Assembly (NCBI GenBank): GCA_048938105.1
Contig: JBHLMN010000010.1
Coordinates: 32,001-96,000 of the forward strand
Direction: 5' to 3'
Source of the DNA: Promethearchaeota archaeon
GTDB taxonomy: Archaea; Asgardarchaeota; Heimdallarchaeia; Hodarchaeales; Hodarchaeaceae
Length of the DNA stretch: 64,000 nt
In this document: piece by piece, positions 60,425 to 64,000 of the stretch
How positions within the stretch are numbered: the first letter of the stretch is position 1
How the letters are laid out: every line of letters starts with the position of its first letter
Position numbers and translations under genes: made by a program
The notes under the pieces: generated by a model
The model's database searches: none
Told to the model about the DNA's origin: nothing
Seen by the model: the letters and a program-made list of their open reading frames with translations, nothing else

Positions 60425-60925
60425 TTATGATTCATTTATAGGAGCAGAATATTTAGCTTGATTCCCCAAATTTTCTGTTATAATGATATCTAGAATAGAG
60501 ATCAAATCAGGACTGATTTTCTGTAACCAAGTACTAATTCTTTTATGTAAATAAATAGCTAAATTTTCTGCTGTAATCTGTTCTATTCCATTCAATATTA
60601 AAACATCTTGTTTGGGAAAAGAATACATTTTATTATTCACAGTAACTTGCCAATTCCTCCCTTTCAATACCGTTTGAATCCTTATTTCTGGTGATTCTTC
60701 AGGAAGAAGTATTTTTTGATCTAATAGCTGTAGTTCATGTTTAATAGCGTCATTTACTGTTCTGAAATCTAAGAACCTCTGTTTTTTATATTTGATTTTA
60801 ACGGTTAGAGAATAATTATGACCATGTAAACGTTCACATTTGCCATATCCAACCAAGAAGTGGTTTGCAGAAAATGAATTCTTGACTTGTGAGAATATCT
60901 GTTCTTGAGAAGGCAAAATTAGCAA
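60425..60925 (-). CDS. queD: 6-pyruvoyl-tetrahydropterin synthase / QueD family
   Basis: FSANH, CERLHGHNY, DF, TAENLA, E. Confidence 0.88.
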   Translation of the reverse strand: MLILPSQEQIFSQVKNSFSANHFLVGYGKCERLHGHNYSLTVKIKYKKQRFLDFRTVNDAIKHELQLLDQKILLPEESPEIRIQTVLKGRNWQVTVNNKMYSFPKQDVLILNGIEQITAENLAIYLHKRISTWLQKISPDLISILDIIITENLGNQAKYSAPINES

Positions 60926-61097
60926 CCGACCATTTTGTAGTCGCTTATAGCTGATGATAATGTACTCAAATCATTTCCATATCAAATTGCATTCTTTTAT
61001 TAAAAGACATGTTCGTGTTTATGTATCATTATCATCATATTATCGCAATATCATGTTTTCTTTAATTCTTTGCCTACAATTATTGAAGTAACTATAC

Positions 61098-61643
61098 ATG
61101 ATTGTAGGAGAAAGCTCATTGGCCGTTCAAGATTTTACTGCAAAATTAGTCCTTTTAGGAGATGGGAGGGTGGGGAAAACTTCCTTATGTTCTCATTTAT
61201 GTACCCAAAGTATCCCAGGAACTTATGATCTTACTGTTGGCCTTAATATTGAGGTTCATGAAACTGACATAAAAGGGACATCTGTAAAACTTGTTTTATG
61301 GGATTTGGCTGGGCAACAACGCTTTGGATGTGTTCGTCCAGGATTTTATTATGGGGCACGGGTCGCTTTAATCGTATTTGACCTTCAAAATCGTGGTTCC
61401 TTCTTCGATGTTAAACATTGGATTCGAGAGTTAAAACGTCACAGCCCCAGCACACCATTCATTCTTGTAGGCAATAAAGCTGACCTTTTAAAACGGGAAG
61501 TCTCTAAAGAAGAAGCAATAAGACTCGCTAGGGAGTTTTCAGTTCCCTATTTTGAAACAAGTGCCTTAAAAGGTAAAAATGTTGAAGAATTGTTCCAGTT
61601 GGCTACTCGAATGGCTATTCAAGGAACAGTTGTTGCGTACTAA
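61098..61643 (+). CDS. Rab-like small GTPase
   Basis: G1 GDGRVGKTS, G2 TVG, G3 WDLAGQ, G4 NKAD, G5 ETSA. Confidence 0.95.
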   Translation: MIVGESSLAVQDFTAKLVLLGDGRVGKTSLCSHLCTQSIPGTYDLTVGLNIEVHETDIKGTSVKLVLWDLAGQQRFGCVRPGFYYGARVALIVFDLQNRGSFFDVKHWIRELKRHSPSTPFILVGNKADLLKREVSKEEAIRLAREFSVPYFETSALKGKNVEELFQLATRMAIQGTVVAY

Positions 61644-61882
61644 TTTCATATTCTTTTAAAATAAGAGTAAATTACCACCTTTTTCCATAATGGGGGAGGT
61701 GTAATATTTTTTTCTCTATAGAAATACCAGATAATCAGAGTATTTGAAAGAGTTTGTTCTCGAAAATTACTAAAATTGAATCGTAAGTAGGATGAATGGT
61801 TGCAAAACTGTATCTATTGGGATTTTATTTATTGTTAATGTCTCTAGTGTGAGGAAAATCCTCCTGATTTGGTGAAATATTA

Positions 61883-62554
61883 ATGATTCGGAATATAACA
61901 ATACAACGACATGGAGTAGCTGTTTTAATTCTAATATTAGGTATATTGTGCAGCTCTACCATCCAATCTAACAGCCATCCTTCAGGAGCAGCTGTTGATG
62001 TTCTTCAGGTTCATCAAGTAGTGAATACTCTTACAGCATATCAAGCTGATCAATTCACCGTGAGTCTTACGATTATCAACATATATAGTTTCAAAGATGT
62101 ATTGGATGTTTCAATGAGAATGAAAATCCCTAAAGAGGTTGAGTTTTTATCTAGTTCAGAACTGGATTTAGAAATTAAAAATGATTCAGAAGAATTCAAC
62201 TATAATTTTGGTACACTTAAAATTGATAAAAGTATTCATTTTTCAATTACATATAATGTTACTTCTGCTGAGACAAAGTCTGTAACCATTGAGGCAGTAA
62301 ATGTTTCTTATCGACTGGAAAATGGAATCATAGGATGGATTTTATCAAACACAGATAGTATTGGTTTACGAGGTAAAAAAGAAACTACAACAACAGAATC
62401 ACTACTTCCTATTCCAAAGGGAAAAATAAATGAAATAGACTTTGGTATATTTAAAATCCCAACAATACCGTTTCTTTCAGTTATTGGCTACATACTTCCC
62501 TTAGTATTTTTTAGCATAAGTATTTTCGTTTTAAGACGCATTCGGTACTTGTAG
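61883..62554 (+). CDS. Signal peptide + Ig-like domain + C-terminal TM protein (TRAP-beta/DUF11-like)
   Basis: Hydrophobic N-term, beta-sandwich pattern with N-glycosylation sequons (NDS, NVT, NVS), Thr-rich linker, TM, RRIRY. Confidence 0.65.
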   Translation: MIRNITIQRHGVAVLILILGILCSSTIQSNSHPSGAAVDVLQVHQVVNTLTAYQADQFTVSLTIINIYSFKDVLDVSMRMKIPKEVEFLSSSELDLEIKNDSEEFNYNFGTLKIDKSIHFSITYNVTSAETKSVTIEAVNVSYRLENGIIGWILSNTDSIGLRGKKETTTTESLLPIPKGKINEIDFGIFKIPTIPFLSVIGYILPLVFFSISIFVLRRIRYL

Positions 62555-62813
62555 GCCTGAATCTAAAAAGATTCGTATTCTTAATTCTAGAAATTTTACT
62601 ATAGAGGTAAATATAAATTATAAAAATGGCTATTCTGGTAGGATTTTTTCTATTTTTGGATTATGGAATAAAATTAAGATTCCTAATTCACTATACCCCT
62701 CCTTATTATGGAATTGATGGCTAAATTCGACCCATCTGCCGAATAGTTTAAAACAGGGAAGGTACTAGTTCATTGTTGTATAAAAACAATGTCAGTAGAA
62801 GATGAAAATTCCT

Positions 62814-64000
62814 ATGACATCCTCCCAACGTTTTATTCATCCTTATTTGCCCCAGACTGAAACTCAAATTGAAGAAATGCTCGAATCAATAGGTGTTTCG
62901 ACGATTAACGAATTATTTTCAGGCATTCCGAAAGAATTACGCTTAACAAAAAAACTGAATCTTCCCTCTACTCATTCCGAGCAAGACACACTATCTACTG
63001 TTAAGAAGACACTTGGGAAAAACAAGACTGTAGATGAAATCTCTTCATTTCTAGGAGCAGGAATTTATCAGCATTTCATTCCCGCCATCATTCCATTTCT
63101 CTTGAATCGCTCAGAATTCTATACAGCCTACACACCATATGCTCCTGAAGTCTCTCAAGGAATGCTTCAAGCATTATGGGAATATCAATCAATGATAGCG
63201 GAAATCACAAGATTGGATCTTGTAAACTCGTCTATGTATGACATGGCTACAGCTTTAGGTGAAGCAGCTTTAATGTGCACTCGAGTTACAAAAAAAGAGA
63301 TCTTTCTTGTCCCCTCTTACCTTCAACCTGAAAAATTTCAGACTCTACGAACTTATACTCAAGGACCAGGCATCTCTATTAAGACATACCCTTTTGATAA
63401 AGAGACTGGAAAAGCTGATTTATATGCATTGTCAGAACTGACTAAATCTCATAAAAATCAAATATCTGGTATATATGTTGAAAATCCTAATTTTTGGGGA
63501 ATTATAGAAGAAGAGGTTAAAGAAATTGGGAATATTACTCATGATATAGAGGGGACTTTTGTAGTTGGTATTGATCCAATTTCTCTTGGAATTTTTAAGT
63601 CACCTGGGGATTATGGAGCTGATATCGCTATTGGAGAAGGACAATCTATTGGATTACCTATGAATTTTGGAGGTCCTTTGCTAGGTATTTTTGCGGTGAA
63701 AAATGATCGAACTCTTTCACGGGCCATGCCTGGCAGGATTATTGGCCTTACTACAGAAGTGAATTCCTCAAATAGAGCATTTACCATGACACTTCAAACG
63801 CGAGAACAACATATTCGTCGTGAAAAAGCTACTTCCAACATTTGCACAAACAATGCTCTCTGTGCACTAGCTTCGACAATATATTTGAGTTTGCTTGGAT
63901 CAAAAGGATTAGAACAACTGGCAGAGCTCTGTATGTCTCGCACAACATACCTAATAGAGGAATTAAGCTCTATCGATGGTATTAAATCCCCATATTTTTC
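62814..64000 (+). CDS. gcvPA: Glycine dehydrogenase (decarboxylating) subunit 1, 3'-truncated by window
   Basis: Translated by hand: HPYLPQT...EMLESIG, FLGAGIY, EFYTAYTPY.PEVSQG.LQ, NSSMYD, FGGP, LQTREQHIRREKATSNICTN; alternative start 62802. Confidence 0.95.
   Translation, partial: MTSSQRFIHPYLPQTETQIEEMLESIGVSTINELFSGIPKELRLTKKLNLPSTHSEQDTLSTVKKTLGKNKTVDEISSFLGAGIYQHFIPAIIPFLLNRSEFYTAYTPYAPEVSQGMLQALWEYQSMIAEITRLDLVNSSMYDMATALGEAALMCTRVTKKEIFLVPSYLQPEKFQTLRTYTQGPGISIKTYPFDKETGKADLYALSELTKSHKNQISGIYVENPNFWGIIEEEVKEIGNITHDIEGTFVVGIDPISLGIFKSPGDYGADIAIGEGQSIGLPMNFGGPLLGIFAVKNDRTLSRAMPGRIIGLTTEVNSSNRAFTMTLQTREQHIRREKATSNICTNNALCALASTIYLSLLGSKGLEQLAELCMSRTTYLIEELSSIDGIKSPYF

Noticed and set aside
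62600-62800. Glycine riboswitch upstream of gcvPA
   Set aside because: Only a 5-bp GATGG/CCATC stem; the conserved GGAGA...CCGAAG...CTCTCAGG elements are absent

Overview
AT-rich archaeal chromosomal window, almost certainly from an Asgard archaeon (Heimdallarchaeia/Hodarchaeales-like; inferred). It carries archaeal core genes (histone, two thermosome subunits, Rpo6, eS17, eS25, LeuRS, DGGGP synthase, geranylgeranyl reductase) alongside eukaryotic-signature-like genes: an ESCRT-II Vps22/36 (EAP30)-like protein, a Rab-like GTPase and a TRAP-beta-like Ig protein. No rRNA, tRNA, CRISPR array or mobile element was recognised. The most striking system is a complex I-like operon (nuoABCDHIJK-x-MN, no nuoEFG). 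The ~600-aa NuoL antiporter is replaced in place by a 73-aa gene encoding only NuoL's C-terminal lateral helix and last TM, suggesting a respiratory complex with two instead of three antiporter modules. Other leads are an archaeal-GluRS-N-domain/nucleotidyltransferase fusion, an adjacent proteasome beta + divergent alpha pair, an alkyl-DHAP-synthase-like/GlpD pair, a THUMP-less ThiI next to a GcvH/LbpA-like protein, and two microproteins missed by the ORF track. All family calls come from motifs recognised by eye; no searches were run.
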